A DNA stretch of 63,934 bases, counting the filler, from Nemertoderma westbladi (lineage: Eukaryota > Animalia > Xenacoelomorpha), in assembly GCA_032718475.1 (NCBI GenBank). It is 4 parts of 4 records of this genome, joined end to end, with 100 filler letters (N's around TTAATTAATTAA, not from the genome) between each part and the next. Parts side by side here need not be neighbours in the genome. Positions count along the whole stretch, not along the records: positions 49,480 to 58,836 come from JAUCBJ010008621.1; positions 58,937 to 63,934 come from JAUCBJ010003796.1; 2 more parts are not named here. One strand, given 5' to 3'. Below are positions 49,480-63,581 of the stretch, piece by piece. The notes beneath the pieces were generated by a model. The model saw nothing but the letters and a program-made list of their open reading frames with translations, was not told the origin of the DNA and made no database searches. Every line of letters begins with the position of its first letter. The stretch's first letter is position 1. A program made the translations under genes and the position numbers.

Positions 49480-52400
49480 TGCGTATTAGCATAAATTATT
49501 GTCGTATGCTAAAGTGGTTTTAATTAACTAAAAGACATATAAATTTTGGCAGGTTAAACTGCTAAAGGTCTTCAAAAGCGCGAACAGTCAATACAAGCTT
49601 GCCGCACACATTGTTTAACATAGCGGAATATATTTATTATTTGTGATGAAGGCTGCAAACTTCACCTCAGTATGGTCCCGTTTTGAACGCGCATGTAATT
49701 TCAAGTCAGCAGCCATTGAGCCCGATGATGAGAATATTGATCCCAGATAAACCACTTTACCATTATCAGCGTATTTTAATGACAGTGTATCTAATTCTAA
49801 AGTACTGTTTAACTCACAGCCATACGACAAATAGCAGGACTTTGATTCATTTATTTTTAGCGAGTTATCATTGAAGTATTTCACAACCAGGTTACACTTT
49901 TCAGTAAACTCATCCAGATCCGTACTAATAACACATGTGTCATCTGCATGCAGGAATGCATGAATCAATCCCAACACTTTATCAGGTCTGCATCTAGTGG
50001 CTAAGTAATCAAACAGATCATTTAAAAATAGAATGAAAATGATCACGCTGCTAGGGGCACCTTGTCTGATACCTGACAAAATATCTAACATTTCGGAAAA
50101 GTCTGTCGCAAAGTGTAAGAAACAGGTAGTTGAAAAATACAAAGCTTTCAGTGCAACAAACATAGTAGACCCGATGCCGAAACTGTTTAGCTTGTGAAGC
50201 ATTTTAGCCCTAAAAACCTTGTCAAAGGCTTTTTCGATATCGAAAAATGCTATATATATTTTGAATTTCATTTTCTTAGAAAGATCGATTAATAACCTGA
50301 GAATAAGAATTTGATCCAAGCAACTTTTGCCAGTTTGAAATGCGGATTGATTTGGGTGGATAGACATCCATTTGACCAGTCTAGATGATATTATACGGTC
50401 ATAGATTCCCACTAAGAAATTTGCCATCTGAATTCCCCTATAGTTTTTCGGTAATGATAAGTCACCCTTCTTTGGAAGAAATGTTAACAGAGAGTCAATA
50501 ATATTAGTTGGAAATATTCTAATAGAAAATATTACATTGAACAAGCAGATTAAGTAAGGAAGTAGAATCGGTATCATACCCTTTAAAGTGTTACCATGGA
50601 GATCATATCCACCTTTCTTTGATGCGGACGTACAAGCCGCATTCACCTCGGTATGTGTAAAAGGATCATCAAGGCATGGTATATATATACCACTTGGCTG
50701 GATGTCATCTAAGGGTTCACCCGCATTTTGGTTATATAGCACGTCAATATGTTGTTCAAACTCTGACATAGATGGGCTACTAGTCGGCCGTGATGGTTGA
50801 AGAGAGCCCTTCCAGTTGACTTTCTTCCACATCTCCTTCGGATTATTGAGAACATCAACCCATGTGTCTGAAATAGATTTATGGAAGTCGGATACATTTG
50901 CCGAGTTAAGACGTGACTGTTTTTCTGAGAAGTTTGCAAGTGCTTCCAGGGCCTCGCTAGAGTTACAACAACTCGAGGAGTAAACATTGTTCAATTGTTT
51001 ATAAGCTTCCTCACAATCACTTACAAGTTCTAAGATTAAGTTATTATCTTTGATTGACACAGAATTGATGGAGCCAGTATTTTTCTTTGAAGCACGACAT
51101 GCCGAGTAAACACTAGAACGAATTAATCCTGCTAAATTATGTGCATCATTACATACACTGTTGCTTCGATACTGCGACGTAAGTGCTCATTAGCCTTTTC
51201 TTGGTCAACTCTAAATTTGCAGCGAACTGGAGGAGCGATTTTAGGGTGCAGATTTAGCTCATAGGCGCGTGCTAAGAGAAGCTGCTAAGCGTGCTAAGAT
51301 TGAGTTAAATTTCACTTTAACAAATAAAGGTAAATGATCAGATAAATACCATTCTTTGTCCATGAAACCAAAAGATTCTACTAGAGAGAGCGTGATCTTT
51401 TATTACATAGTACAAGATCGACCTGTGATCATTTTCCCCCCTTGTTAAAGGTAAATGAGCCTGGTAATTGTTTACCATTCATAATAAAGTGATTTAGTGG
51501 GCCAATAACTAAAGCGGAGCAGATATCAGCTAGTGACTTTCTCATCGAGTTGCAACCTTTATCAACATTGTCAACATAGGACCATGGCAGGCCATTGAGA
51601 ACATTAGGGAAATTTTCCATACGACAATTCAGGTCACCTCCAACGATTGGCTGGAGATCGCATGATATGGAGTCAGCAATAAAGGATGCTACCATTGCTA
51701 GATTGCTGGCATTGTAGTTAGCAGAGTCATAGGGGTATATATATGTTCCTCCAATAAGAGTGGAGGGTTGAAAGTCCAGACGGAATGCTATATAGCAATT
51801 AGAGAATATCATATCAAATACATGATCGGCTATTTCTTTTCGCACTATCAGTAACATACCAGCATAAAAATCTGAATAAGTGCCTGGAGTAATATCTACA
51901 AAGCCAGAAGGTAGCTCGTTTGAGCTTACAACAGATCTAGTTTCAAACATAAATAAAACATCTAGTTGATGAGTTATAAAAGAAGGACAGTTTTTAAAGA
52001 TAATATGAGTACGACCATTAACATTCCAAAAGCCAATTTTCAGATTGGAAACTGTTTTGCTGTGTGCGGCATCATTTAAAAAAGCTGATTGGCTAAGTTT
52101 AATTGATCTACAACTTGACCATTCAAGTGCAGCTTCCCTCCTTTTATAAACACATCTTGAGTAGCACCGCCGTCATTGCGACGAAGCTCACTTGCCTTTG
52201 TACGCAATCGACGGTTTTCTTTGGCTGTTAAAGGCGGATCGTCATAAGACAGGTAGATGTTACTCAGATCTGGGTTACCCTTAAGTGTTAATCGCTTTCC
52301 AAACAGCTGAGCTTTTTCATTTGTGGTATTAAATTTAATTAGAACGGGTCTTTTCCTATCTGGTGATATTTTATTACCAAGGTAAAAACTTTCCTGAGGC

Positions 52401-52940
52401 GTGGAAGTTACACCCATTGTGTTAAGGAGCAGAGAGACTTTGTCTTTAAGGTTACCAGCAGAGGTGCCGCCCACAGATAGCACCTGTCCTTCATCAGGCA
52501 GGCCACGGATTACAACATTACATGCGCGGCGTTAACGAGCAATGCCCTCGATAAAAATCTGTTGCTGTAATACTGTGTCCTTCAGGGCTTTTTGTTCTCT
52601 AAGAAAGTTGCATATCTCATCTGCCTGTTTATCGATCATAGACTGGAATTTTGTCGTAAGTGATGTTTCCATTTTCAATAATTTGCGATCCAGCAGCTTT
52701 TCAATATCATTTAAGTATTGAAATATTTGGAGTATCTGCTAGTACTGCCTGTCCCCACCCCTTAATCGACTTAATTAAATCATCCTTCGAAATTGATTTT
52801 AGCGAAGTTATAGAAAGGCGGTGAAGTTCGGAGATCTCACGCGGCCTAGTGTTTACAGATGTATCAAATACTGATTGGCTACCGACACTGCGATCCTCGG
52901 CCATAGTGTGCTCTGGATTCCTACACAGTCGTTTCAATGG
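49480..52940 (-). mobile_element. Two-ORF non-LTR retrotransposon (CR1/L2-group-like ORF1; APE-RT ORF2), mildly decayed, 3' end lost in the gap
   Basis: ORF1 pieces: coiled-coil, RRACNVVIRGLPD, RPVLIKF, IYLSYD. ORF2: IGFWNVNG, FMFET, GGDLN, then RT NYRGI, QSAF, FFDIEKAFD, GIRQG, HADD, YLG (ORF 49615-51060). Confidence 0.88.
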
Positions 52941-53194
52941 TAATTTCAGATTTCAAAGAAGCATAACCATATGTATAAGCAGGAACAATAATATACAATT
53001 TCAAATTAATAATTTAATCAGTTAATAGTTAATACGGTACATTGAGCAGTATTCAGGTAGGCAGCAGTACCCGCAAGTGCCAATTAAACGCTCTATTCTA
53101 TGCAGTATTATAACGATGACAATGTCAACAATGTTCAACACATATCCATTATTTTGTTATATACAACTACGGAAAACATCTCATTGCCAAGACC

Positions 53195-53445
53195 CAGTTT
53201 CATCACTCTGCAGAGACACCAGACACAGCCTGCAGCTTGATGGAGAAGCTTTCCGTCGACTTGATCAAAATGTACACAACCTTGAGTTGTGGCAGTTTGC
53301 TGGTGGACAGCCAATGACTTTTCTGAAATGCTTGCCCAAGGACCGTACTGGAGTTGAGAACATGGATTAACTACAGTATGAAAGTGTCTGACCGCGAGAT
53401 CTAGGGGCGCTTGAGGCAAGCCGCTCGTAATCATTCTACTATAGA
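53195..53445 (+). mobile_element. Old RTE LINE 3' fragment
   Basis: EAFRRLDQNVHNLELWQ..GGQPMTFL resembles HCFRREDQPVHNLVLWQ...GGQPMTFL. Confidence 0.65.
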
Positions 53446-54074
53446 TAGTTTGTTTGACCGTGCAGTACAGTAGGTCCCATTACTGCCAATCACTCAAATT
53501 GATATATTATGATCTCAAGCTTTGCGGCCATCTCTCATTAAGCCAGCGTAATACGAAAAATCAGTTGTACATCAAACATTTTGTGTGCAGCGGCTATGAA
53601 TGAATGAATATTACAAGGTCTTGAGTTGACCACCAATGTGAAGTGGCCCACAGTCATATTAACTTACTTTGGTGATTGAAGTGATGGCATTCAAGGATAA
53701 CTTATTGATATTCAATGGTTGTTTTCATTCTGCTACATCAAATAACTGGGAAGGGGGGGGGGGGGGGGGGGGGCTGATGCCTAATGTTTTAGCTCATGTC
53801 CCCCAGACATCAGCAATAATACTAATTGCAAACCTACTAGTACTGTAAGCCTAAACCCTTGTAATGTACTAGAGCCATTGCGTATATTTCATCGTATAAT
53901 ACAGTATATTTGATCTATTAGTAAGACTTTATTCTCCACATAAACATAATTCGATCATTAGATATACAGTAGCCCCTACAGTATGTTGCGATTTCAACAT
54001 TAATCATCCAATATAATTCTATATGTGAGATTGATAAGTATTATTATTTAATAATAATCTGAGCCTGATTTTAA

Positions 54075-54306
54075 CATATTAACTTAATTTCGCGAATATT
54101 TAATTTCGAAATTCACCATTTAAGGTACATTTTAAAGGTAAGTAGTAGGTTATAGTGGCTTTTCTAACCAAAACAATTAAGTAAATTTAGGGACACAATT
54201 TACAGTAAAATTTTTACTTCTAGACACTAATTTTTTAATATTAATTTAACATTAACCCCATGAGAAAGATGAAAGGACACCCTAATTGGAAATTTGCGTA
54301 CTGTAT
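54075..54306. repeat. Dispersed ~230-bp repeat (second copy 61113-61348)
   Basis: Shared atattaacttaatttcgcgaa...caccatttaaggtac...ttttctaaccaaa...caatttgcgtac.gtatat. Confidence 0.8.
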
Positions 54307-57166
54307 ATATCACAATACCTCACTTTTTACTGATATGTCCTATATTTACAAGAATTCCCAGACATTTCAAGATGTACAATATCGCTTAATGTTTTGGTTA
54401 GAAATACCCACCTCTGTAAACTGTACCTTTCCCTCAATTGGTAACAATATCGTTTTTTGGTTAGAAAAGCTAGCCAAGGTAGGCTAAGCTGTACCTTTTC
54501 CTCTATTAGTAAAAATATAGTTTATTGTTTTGGTTATAAAATCCGCCTTCCTTTTATATATACAGTACATCAGCTTAACATTTATAATGAACTCATGTAA
54601 ATCCCCTTGATATTTTCACATTTCCGCCTATCACTCCGGGAAATGGCGTACTGCGAGGGTCCTACAGTACTACCAGAACTCCATGTACACTGTACACGTA
54701 CACTACAATATACGTACTATCCCTATCAATAGAATTGTTTATCCCTTGCTGATGATCACAGCACGTACTCCGCAATTTATGGAATTATCAGGATGCAATC
54801 TTGAATATTTCAGAAATTAATTGACAATCTATCCTGCTAGGAACGTGTTTCACAGACACTATCTCATGCCGAGAGATGATCCAGTTCTACTATTAATCCG
54901 CCCCCTGGGGAGAAATGATAAAGTCGGAAATTGAAAAAAGAAAGCTTATTTACAAAGACGTCATTTCCATCAAAGAAAATTCATTCAGGTTGACTTTGGA
55001 CGTTCCTATTGACACTTTTATCTGGGCAACATCGATTAGTAAACAAATTTATATGTTTGACCAGCCGATCGATAAGACACCCAATGCGTGCCATATTACA
55101 ATCTACCCTCGAAGAAATGCATTTTGCGTTCACAGTATTGACAGTAATTTATTTTTATTAAAACTCCAGACAGAGCCCTACACACGCACACAGTAGGATA
55201 GCATGCTTTGTTCACCAGCCCTTTCTCAGTTCACGATCCCAGTATGAATACGAGAGGTATCGGAGACAAGGGGTTGGGGGGTGAATGGAAAATAATAAAT
55301 TAAGAGAAAATAGCAGGTTACAATGGCACGTTATTCTAACCAAAACAATACACTAAAGTTAATAGCTTGACCAAATTTACCAAATTACACAATCAGCTGA
55401 TATTACACAGACAGACACCAATAGACAGGCAAAGAGACCTGATGCCGCCCAAGCTATAAAGTTATCGTTTGCTAATGGACTTTCCACTGCCGCGTCTCAC
55501 CTCAATAATTTCGCGTAGGAAGAAGGATTAAAGGGAGGCTGGCTGTCAATGAAAGTAAACCTGCCTGCCCCTTCCATAATTAGTAATTATTCATGTGAAG
55601 GATTATCCAGGATTTGAATAGGACCGGATTTCCCGGGAGGTAATTTAATCCATTACATCGGGTGGCTCAATGGTAATTTCAGGATACTATGGTGTCATAT
55701 TATACGAATCGACACCATGTTATGGTTTCGAACGCCATGAGGCTCAGACACACATGGGTGAAATAAAGTAGCCATGATCAAGATCGCTCATATTATTGTC
55801 ACACTTCCCAGAAGAGACCTACTCTACTGTTTCTGCACCACCCAGTACGTTCTATATGTTAGCTAACTTCCAGCAGAACTGTAAACTACATTCTAAAATT
55901 GAGACGGAGGTATTAATTCACCGAGATGGGATTTGCGTCAACCAGAGAGGCCAGCACATGGTGAGTAGATTTCGTAGGGTCTCAATAGTTCGAAATACTA
56001 CTGTACCACGTTCCATGAGTGCATCTCTAGTTGATATCGAGCTCCCCGTCTGTCACCTGTCTGGGCTCGACCAGGGGTCCTGCTGTCGGTAACCCAGTCG
56101 AGGGTTTGGTATGAATCCCAGAGGTGTGTCAATAATGAAAATATTGGTTTTGTGGTTGCGTTGTATATTTATTAATCTCAATTACGTTGAGGACAAACTT
56201 ACTTTACCAATGATACCAATAAGTCAAATATACACCAAAGGGGTTTGAGATGTTGTTGGTGATATTTGATGTAGACACTGACACTACGCACAAGAATGAA
56301 ACAACACCAAATGCACCACCAATAAATATACCAATATTGATAACATCTGACTAATCTGTGTAGTTAACACCTTGTACCAAACCACGAACTGAAAAGAGCC
56401 CCTTTCAGAGTTCGTTGTCCCCCCTCCCCCCCCGTCCCGTATGGTGATTATAACATCTTGGAGGGGGGGGGGGGGGGGGGGGGGGGGTGCCAGCTGGTTA
56501 TATTTGGGCCAAATGTGTAACCGCTTTGAACCCTTAGTAATTATTGTGAACAAAACGCTCTGAACATATGCAAATTTTCTACTGAGCAACTGCATGTAAC
56601 TCTCATGACAGCAGTGGTTATATATGAGCTCCTTTTTGGTTTCTGTAAAAATTGTCTGGGGGCATTGAAATTTGTCCGGGGGGGGGGGGTTGGGGGAGGG
56701 GGGTGGGGGGGGGCAGTGCCCCCAAAGCCACCCCGCACGATACGAGCCTGCCCCCCCCTTACTGTACTAATATAATCTCCAATTATATATACCAATATAT
56801 CCAAATGGACACACCCTCCTGTATTCATCAAATATTTCGCCATTCTCTCTCCACACCCAATATTATATCCAAGGTTATTGCTCATCTAATATTATCGTAT
56901 ATTGGTTTAATATTATTACTCAGACACACGATGTGAAACTTGTTACTGCACTTGTTGCTGGACTCCTCACCCATATGTTGAGATGAGCCGCCTATATCTT
57001 TTATGAAATATCTGTGAAATAGGCTTAATTATTATTATTCTACTCCCGTATTGAACGTGTCCTTACTGGATCGATTGTGGTTCGGTTTTAATGAACCTAC
57101 AATATTATTTGTTATTCGGTCTGGTAATTGGGAGAAATATTTTTAGTGAAATGCTTATCAGACATC

Positions 57167-58110
57167 GACGCGCCTATATGCCTGCCTATGGCTTATTGGC
57201 TTGAGGTGAAACGGCCAAAACATTTTGTAGAATATCTCGAGAAATAATCACTGTCGTTTTGAGTACCAGAAGTTGGTCATAACTAAAAAGGATGTAAGTA
57301 GATGCGCCTATATGCCTGCCTATGGCTTATTGGCTTGAGGTGAAACGGCCAAAACATTTTGTAGAATATCTCGAGAAATAATCACTGTCGTTTTGAGTAC
57401 CAGAAGTTGGTCATAACTAAAAAGGATGTAAGTAGATGCGCCTATATGCCTGTCTATGGCTTATTGGCTTGAGGTGAAACGGCCAAAACATTTTGTAGAA
57501 TATCTCGAGAAATAATCACTGTCGTTTTGAGTACCAGAAGTTGGTCATAACTAAAAAGGATGTAAGTAGATGCGCCTATATGCCTGTCTATGGCTTATTG
57601 GCTTGAGGTGAAACGGCCAAAACATTTTGTAGAATATCTCGAGAAATAATCACTGTCGTTTTGAGTACCAGAAGTTGGTCATAACTAAAAAGGATGTAAG
57701 TAGATGCGCCTATATGCCTGCCTATGGCTTATTGGCTTGAGGTGAAACGGCCAAAACATTTTGTAGAATATCTCGAGAAATAATCACTGTCGTTTTGAGT
57801 ACCAGAAGTTGGTCATAACTAAAAAGGATGTAAGTAGACGCGCCTATATGCCTGCCTATGGCTTATTGGCTTGAGGTGAAACGGCCAAAACATTTTGTAG
57901 AATATCTCGAGAAATAATCACTGTCGTTTTGAGTACCAGAAGTTGGTCATAACTAAAAAGGATGTAAGTAGATGCGCCTATATGCCTGCCTATGGCTTAT
58001 TGGCTTGAGGTGAAACGGCCAAAACATTTTGTAGAATATCTCGAGAAATAATCACTGTCGTTTTGAGTACCAGAAGTTGGTCATAACTACTGTAAAAAGG
58101 ATGTAAGTAG
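57167..58110. repeat. 134-bp tandem repeat, 7 near-identical copies
   Basis: Unit starts at 57167, 57301, 57435, 57569, 57703, 57837 and 57971; only 1-2 substitutions between units; last unit carries a 5-bp insertion. Confidence 0.97.
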
Positions 58111-58836
58111 TTGTGCTAAGTGTTACTTGAGTTTGAGTGCCAATTTGTTACAACCTGTCTGGAACTAGTTCTAATCAATACATTGTTTTCTAGCTGAGCC
58201 GAGTTAAATGTCTAAAAAAATTAGTATTTTTTAGTAAAGTACTCATAAGTCTCATATAAGTCACACGTTACCCGCAGCCCCCGCAGCTGGGGGGGGGGGG
58301 GGGGGGGGGGGGGGGGGTGAGGGGTCAGCGTGCCAGTGGACGCAATTGACTTGGAAATTTATTACAAACTGAAAGTTAAAACTTAAATAATATTTATCTA
58401 CTCTATACAGTATTTTCTAGAACTGCGGGAATATTCTTATTACGTTAGGGCACTCAGCACTATTGTATCACAGCACTCAGTTTATGATTTCACTCTGAAT
58501 AACCAAATTTAATACATAATAAATGTCAAATAGACAATTGACCAACCATAGGATATTTTTGTGCATGGCTCGCACCAGTTAAGTATGCATTGGGCCATTG
58601 ATTAATATATAATTCCAGATAATTAAAATTAATTCGAGTAAAGAAATTAACTAAAAATTTTACTAAATATACGTTTGACGATATACATGGATCGTCCAAT
58701 TCATGGTCCTTACAATACTTCGCCTACAATACCAGATTAATTATAAATTGACTCTTTCAATGAAAAGATCTTGAAAAACAATACTTTAAAAACGTCGAAA
58801 TATAAGATCTTATCTAAAAATGTCAATACGAATATC

Positions 58837-58936
58837 NNNNNNNNNNNNNNNNNNNNNNNNNNNNNNNNNNNNNNNNNNNNTTAATTAATTAANNNNNNNN
58901 NNNNNNNNNNNNNNNNNNNNNNNNNNNNNNNNNNNN
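58837..58936. other. Assembly gap with artificial linker
   Basis: N44-TTAATTAATTAA-N44. Confidence 0.98.
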
Positions 58937-59376
58937 CATCTAAGCAGTCCCGCCAACATCTGGCCGGTCTGATTGCAATCGTCATCGATTGCTTGTTTCC
59001 CGAGGATTACCAACCCAGGTTTCTCTTTCTCAACTAATTTCGCGAATATTTTGGAGACGTGTAATGGGCTGAGTGTCTCGTAAACTTTAGGATCGTTTAT
59101 CTCGACGTGTATCGCGCGATCGAATCCCATCGCTAGCGCAGTTCGGAGCGTCTCCCCGCACTCTTTGGGTCCGCAGGACACGGCGATTAGTTCCCCAGCG
59201 AGTTTCTTCTCGCGGAGGCGGACGGCTTCCTCTACTGCGATCTCATCAAACGGGTTCATGGAATGTTTCACTCCTTCCGTTACTACGCCTGTTTTATCCG
59301 GACGAACGCGAACCTTAACGGCGTAATCGATTACTCGTTTACACCCCACCATTATTTTCATGCCAGCAGCGGCCAT
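58937..59376 (-). CDS. ETFB: Electron transfer flavoprotein subunit beta, 5' part (cut by the gap)
   Basis: [64 protein letters not shown]. Confidence 0.96.
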
Positions 59377-59571
59377 ATCTCACTCAATATGTGATTATCT
59401 ATCAGTCTACAGGTCTATGCGTTACTGCTATAGGCCTACCGCCTGACCGCTGTACCGTACGGCCGTATTGCTGCGCGCGGTTAGGCCACCGATCAGTGCT
59501 GCTACCTGCTAGCAGTGCAGTACAGTACAGCGCAGTACCCTGGTGCCTGGTACCGCTGCACCTACTCGCTA

Positions 59572-60893
59572 CACAAGTCTCTAAAAGGTGCCACCCTGCT
59601 CCATAGCCCGGGAAATGCATGTAATTTGTTGTACTGGAAAGGGTGGCAGATCAGATCTGCCTCCTATATTTTGGCGGTAAATTCAATTTTATTTTTAAAT
59701 ATTTTATTTTTTAAAAAATTTTTTTATTTCAATTTTCAATCTGTTTTATCATTGAATACAGGAAGGAATAGACTAAGCTGCTAAGAAGATTGCGGTGTTT
59801 TACGGTGGCTGATTGCCAATTATAATTAACTTTTTTTACATTTTTTTCAGAAGTTCTCCAGAAGAAGAATTCATTTTTGGTCGACCATAAATTTTGACGT
59901 CATGGAGAACTTCTGAAAAAAAAAATAAAAAAATAATAAATGAATTGGCAAAGATCAGGCAACCGTGGTGTTTTTACTTTTTTATGTCAGTTTTTTTCGA
60001 TTTTGTTTCCAGGGAACCGGTATCTCTACTGCTGTACTCTTAGGCCATCAGTGCCTAACGGTATTTGGTATCATAGTACTGTAGAACAGTCTATTTTTTT
60101 TATACAGTATGAAAAACATATTAACTAGAAATAATTATACAGCAGTTACTGTGATACGGGCTCTGTCCTGTTTGGGGGCCTCCAGGCTTTTCAGAGTTCC
60201 AGTAGGTCGATTTTTGATTCTCAATTAAATTTAATTTTCTATTCTACAATATTACTAACTCTCGTTTATTGTTTTGGTTCGTTTCAACTGTTTCAATCTG
60301 TTTGCTCCTTTACTAACCTGCCTGGTGGGTTATTAAGGCCCCCCAAACAGCATAATCCCGCGATACGTACTGCGGTATTATATTAAGATATGTAGCACTG
60401 TCGTAAAATATGGTCTTATAAGTGTAGTATAAATTTTCAATAGCATTGTAGTCAGGTCCTTTCCTCCAATCGGTATAATGATATCGTGTATTATTGTTTT
60501 GGTTAGAAAAGCCAGGCTGTAACCTGTTACTTTCACGCAATTGGTACGTGGTATCGGGGTCGTTTATTGTTTTGGTTAAAAAAAACCCGCCTCTGTAAAA
60601 GCTTTCCATCAATTGGCATTGAAGGACTAAAGATGGTACGGTACGGTACCGGTACATTCTGTAACTTGTAGTATGGGTCATTATCTTTACACCATGACGT
60701 CTAAAACTACAGTCGCAGTTGTACACTGTACATTCATGTACATAGTGTACAATTAAAACATTAACACACTGTACAGTGGTAATGGGAAGATGACAATTTG
60801 AATTAACCGCCAAAAAAGTATCAATTCACCACGTCTCTCTATCATTTGAATTTCCCAGGCTATGGAGCAGGGTGGCACCTTTTAGGGACTTGT
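59572..60893. mobile_element. Non-autonomous TIR element (Mutator-like 9-bp TSD) just upstream of ETFB
   Basis: ~45-bp TIR ACAAGTC.CTAAAAGGTGCCACCCTGCTCCATAGCC.GGGAAAT. TACTCGCTA on both flanks (59563-71, 60894-902). Internal foldback at ~59800-59970. Confidence 0.82.
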
Positions 60894-61459
60894 TACTCGC
60901 TAAATCCTGTGTATGTACTGGTGTGTGTATATGTACCGGTACTGGCATAGCCAATTATAGGACTCCGCTAGAGCGGGGTCCTGTAATTGGCTGTGACAGT
61001 CCTTTAGTAGAGTTGTCCTTGCTGTCTTGGGCCTACGCTATTTCACTATGCATATATCTACCGAATGCATATTACCAATCACCAATTGGGGTGTCGTTTC
61101 AGACTATTTTAAAATATTAACTTAATTTCGCGAAAATTTAATTTCGATATTCACCATTTAAGGTACCTTTTAAAGGAAAGTAGCAGGTTATAATGACAGG
61201 CTTTTCTAACCAAACAATAAACTAAATTTAGGAACACAGTTTACAGCAAATGTTTTGCTTCTATGCACTAATTTTTCAATAATATTTTAACATAACCCTA
61301 TGGGAAGGCTGAAACAACACCCCAATTGGCAATTTGCGTACCGTATATAGGGAAAAAAGGTCTGTAACTCAACTCCCTACTCTTTGGAGGCCATAATGTC
61401 CGCCACATATTAAAATAATTGTGTTGGAGTTCATTTTACAAAAAATTAATTAAATTTAA

Positions 61460-62003
61460 ATATTTATATTTAAATAAATAAATAAAAATATTTATATATT
61501 TATATATTTACATTTAAATAAATAAATATAAATATTTATATATTTACATTTAAATAAATAAATATAAATATTTATATATTTACTATTTATATATTAAATA
61601 AATAAATATAAATTTTTATATATTTACATTTAAATAAATAAATATAAATATTTATATAATTACATTTAAATAAATAAATATAAATATTTATATATTTACA
61701 TTTAAATAAATAAATATAAATATTTATATATTTATATATTTACATTTAAATAAATAAATATAAATATTTATATATTTACATTTAAATAAATAAATATAAA
61801 TATTTATATATTTACATTTAAATAAATAAATATAAATATTTATATATTTACATTTAAATAAATAAATATAAATATTTATATATTTATATATTTACATTTA
61901 AATAAATAAATATAAATATTTATATATTTACATTTAAATAAATAAATTTAAATATTTATATATTTACATTTAAATAAATAAATATAAATATTTATATATT
62001 TAC
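61460..62003. repeat. AT-rich ~36-bp minisatellite
   Basis: Unit TTTACATTTAAATAAATAAATATAAATATTTATATA, roughly 14 copies with occasional 8-bp duplications. Confidence 0.93.
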
Positions 62004-63389
62004 AATATAGTTTTATGGCGCACAATAAATAGGTTTTCGAGGCGCCCAAATCTAAAAGATAAAAATTTATAAACATACCAGATCTCAGAATCTATACAGT
62101 AGTTGTATCCTACTGGTAACACCGGTAATACCAGTACCACAAACGAGGGTATAACTTTTCGCCGTATCCGTATGCATTTGCCGTATCCGTAATCCGTATC
62201 CATGCGTATGTAATGGATTCCTTTGGATATTTATCCGTATGTGATTTTAGAGATTAGGCATTGCGGGGCGCAGTTATTAAATCATTAATTAAACATCATA
62301 CGGTAGGCCTATGTTGCTAAAATGCTGCTTACAGTGTTGTTAATACTGTAGTTATACTGTATTTCTATAAATATAATATTTATTACATTATTACTAATAC
62401 TCATTTTTCATTAATTTACCATTTAATAAATTTATAGTGGACTTTTTCTCAAAAATTTTAGATGAAATTTTTATTTATTACCGTAGGTCTACATTGGAAA
62501 TACAGTATATAGAATATATTCTGGACCTACTTACTATAGATACGACCCGCCAAGCTGCTGCAAAGCCCCTAAATTTAGTGGGCCAGTTATTTTCTTAGAT
62601 AGAACCCCTGAAACAATAGGTCTAGCTCATCGAAAGTACTTGTCCCTAACAAAAATTATATCCTCTTTCAGATGAGTGTTAGCGGATCCAATTCGCTGCA
62701 CCACCCAGCGGAAAATGGGGAAAGGCATGATTTACGAATCATGATTGGATATGCGATATTACCAATATAATATCGCATACCAAAGGCACCAAGGCAATAT
62801 ACATTGCCAGCTAGAGAGAGATGCCAGCACATCAGCTCATCACAGGGGGAAGCCTGCGCAGGGCCAGGGGAAAATAGGGATTGGCCGGAGAATAGATCAA
62901 CCAATGAAAGGGTGGCTTACCATCAATTATCGCGCATTCACTGGTAGGCCAAACCTAGGTACAGTAGGAATGTGTATCCCATGTAATACACATAACCGTT
63001 ACTCTGTTGATTGGGCCTCAGTTGGCTACATTGAGTGTAGAAGTCAGACGGTTTTTAACCGTCGTCGCTGTCAATGTTACAGCTATTATTATACAGTATT
63101 AGACTGACTGTGCTTATCTGATATTACGAACAACAATAACTATAAACTCAGTTATTCAGTCGGCCTTTCAATTCCAACCACAGCCTTTAAGTAGCCTAGC
63201 AAACGCGGCGACGCGTATTCTCCATACGACTCGAAACACACACACACCGGTCGGGATCCTTTGCCAACTCGGATCCCGTCACAATGAGACACATTAAAAT
63301 TAAAGAAAAAAAAAAGTAAATTTTCTTCGGCCGCTAGGCCTGGGATTACGCACAAAGTCTGACGACTTATTTCCAGTGCGGTCCCCCTA

Positions 63390-63581
63390 GAACTTTACTC
63401 CCCAGAGGAAACTCCAGTACTCATTTAGCTACCACTTAAGGATACAAGGCAGAGATGCGCCCTTGGCTGGTACCTTTAAAACATTCGTGCCGAAACGAAA
63501 ACTACCCTGGCCCATGTGAGGATCGAACCCACGACCTACGGGAGATGTGAATTCAATGCAACCACTACACCAAGGTGGAAC
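63390..63581 (-). mobile_element. tRNA-derived SINE (family A), second copy
   Basis: Reverse complement has TGGTGTAGTGG and GGTTCGATCCT boxes and the same body as 30403-30620. Confidence 0.8.

Noticed and set aside
57167-58110. CRISPR array or hammerhead array
   Set aside because: Units are wholly repeated with no unique spacers, there are no cas genes, the context is eukaryotic, and no CUGANGA core is present.
62668-63107. Possible exon or ORF (120 aa)
   Set aside because: No recognisable domain and no consistent splice-phase model.
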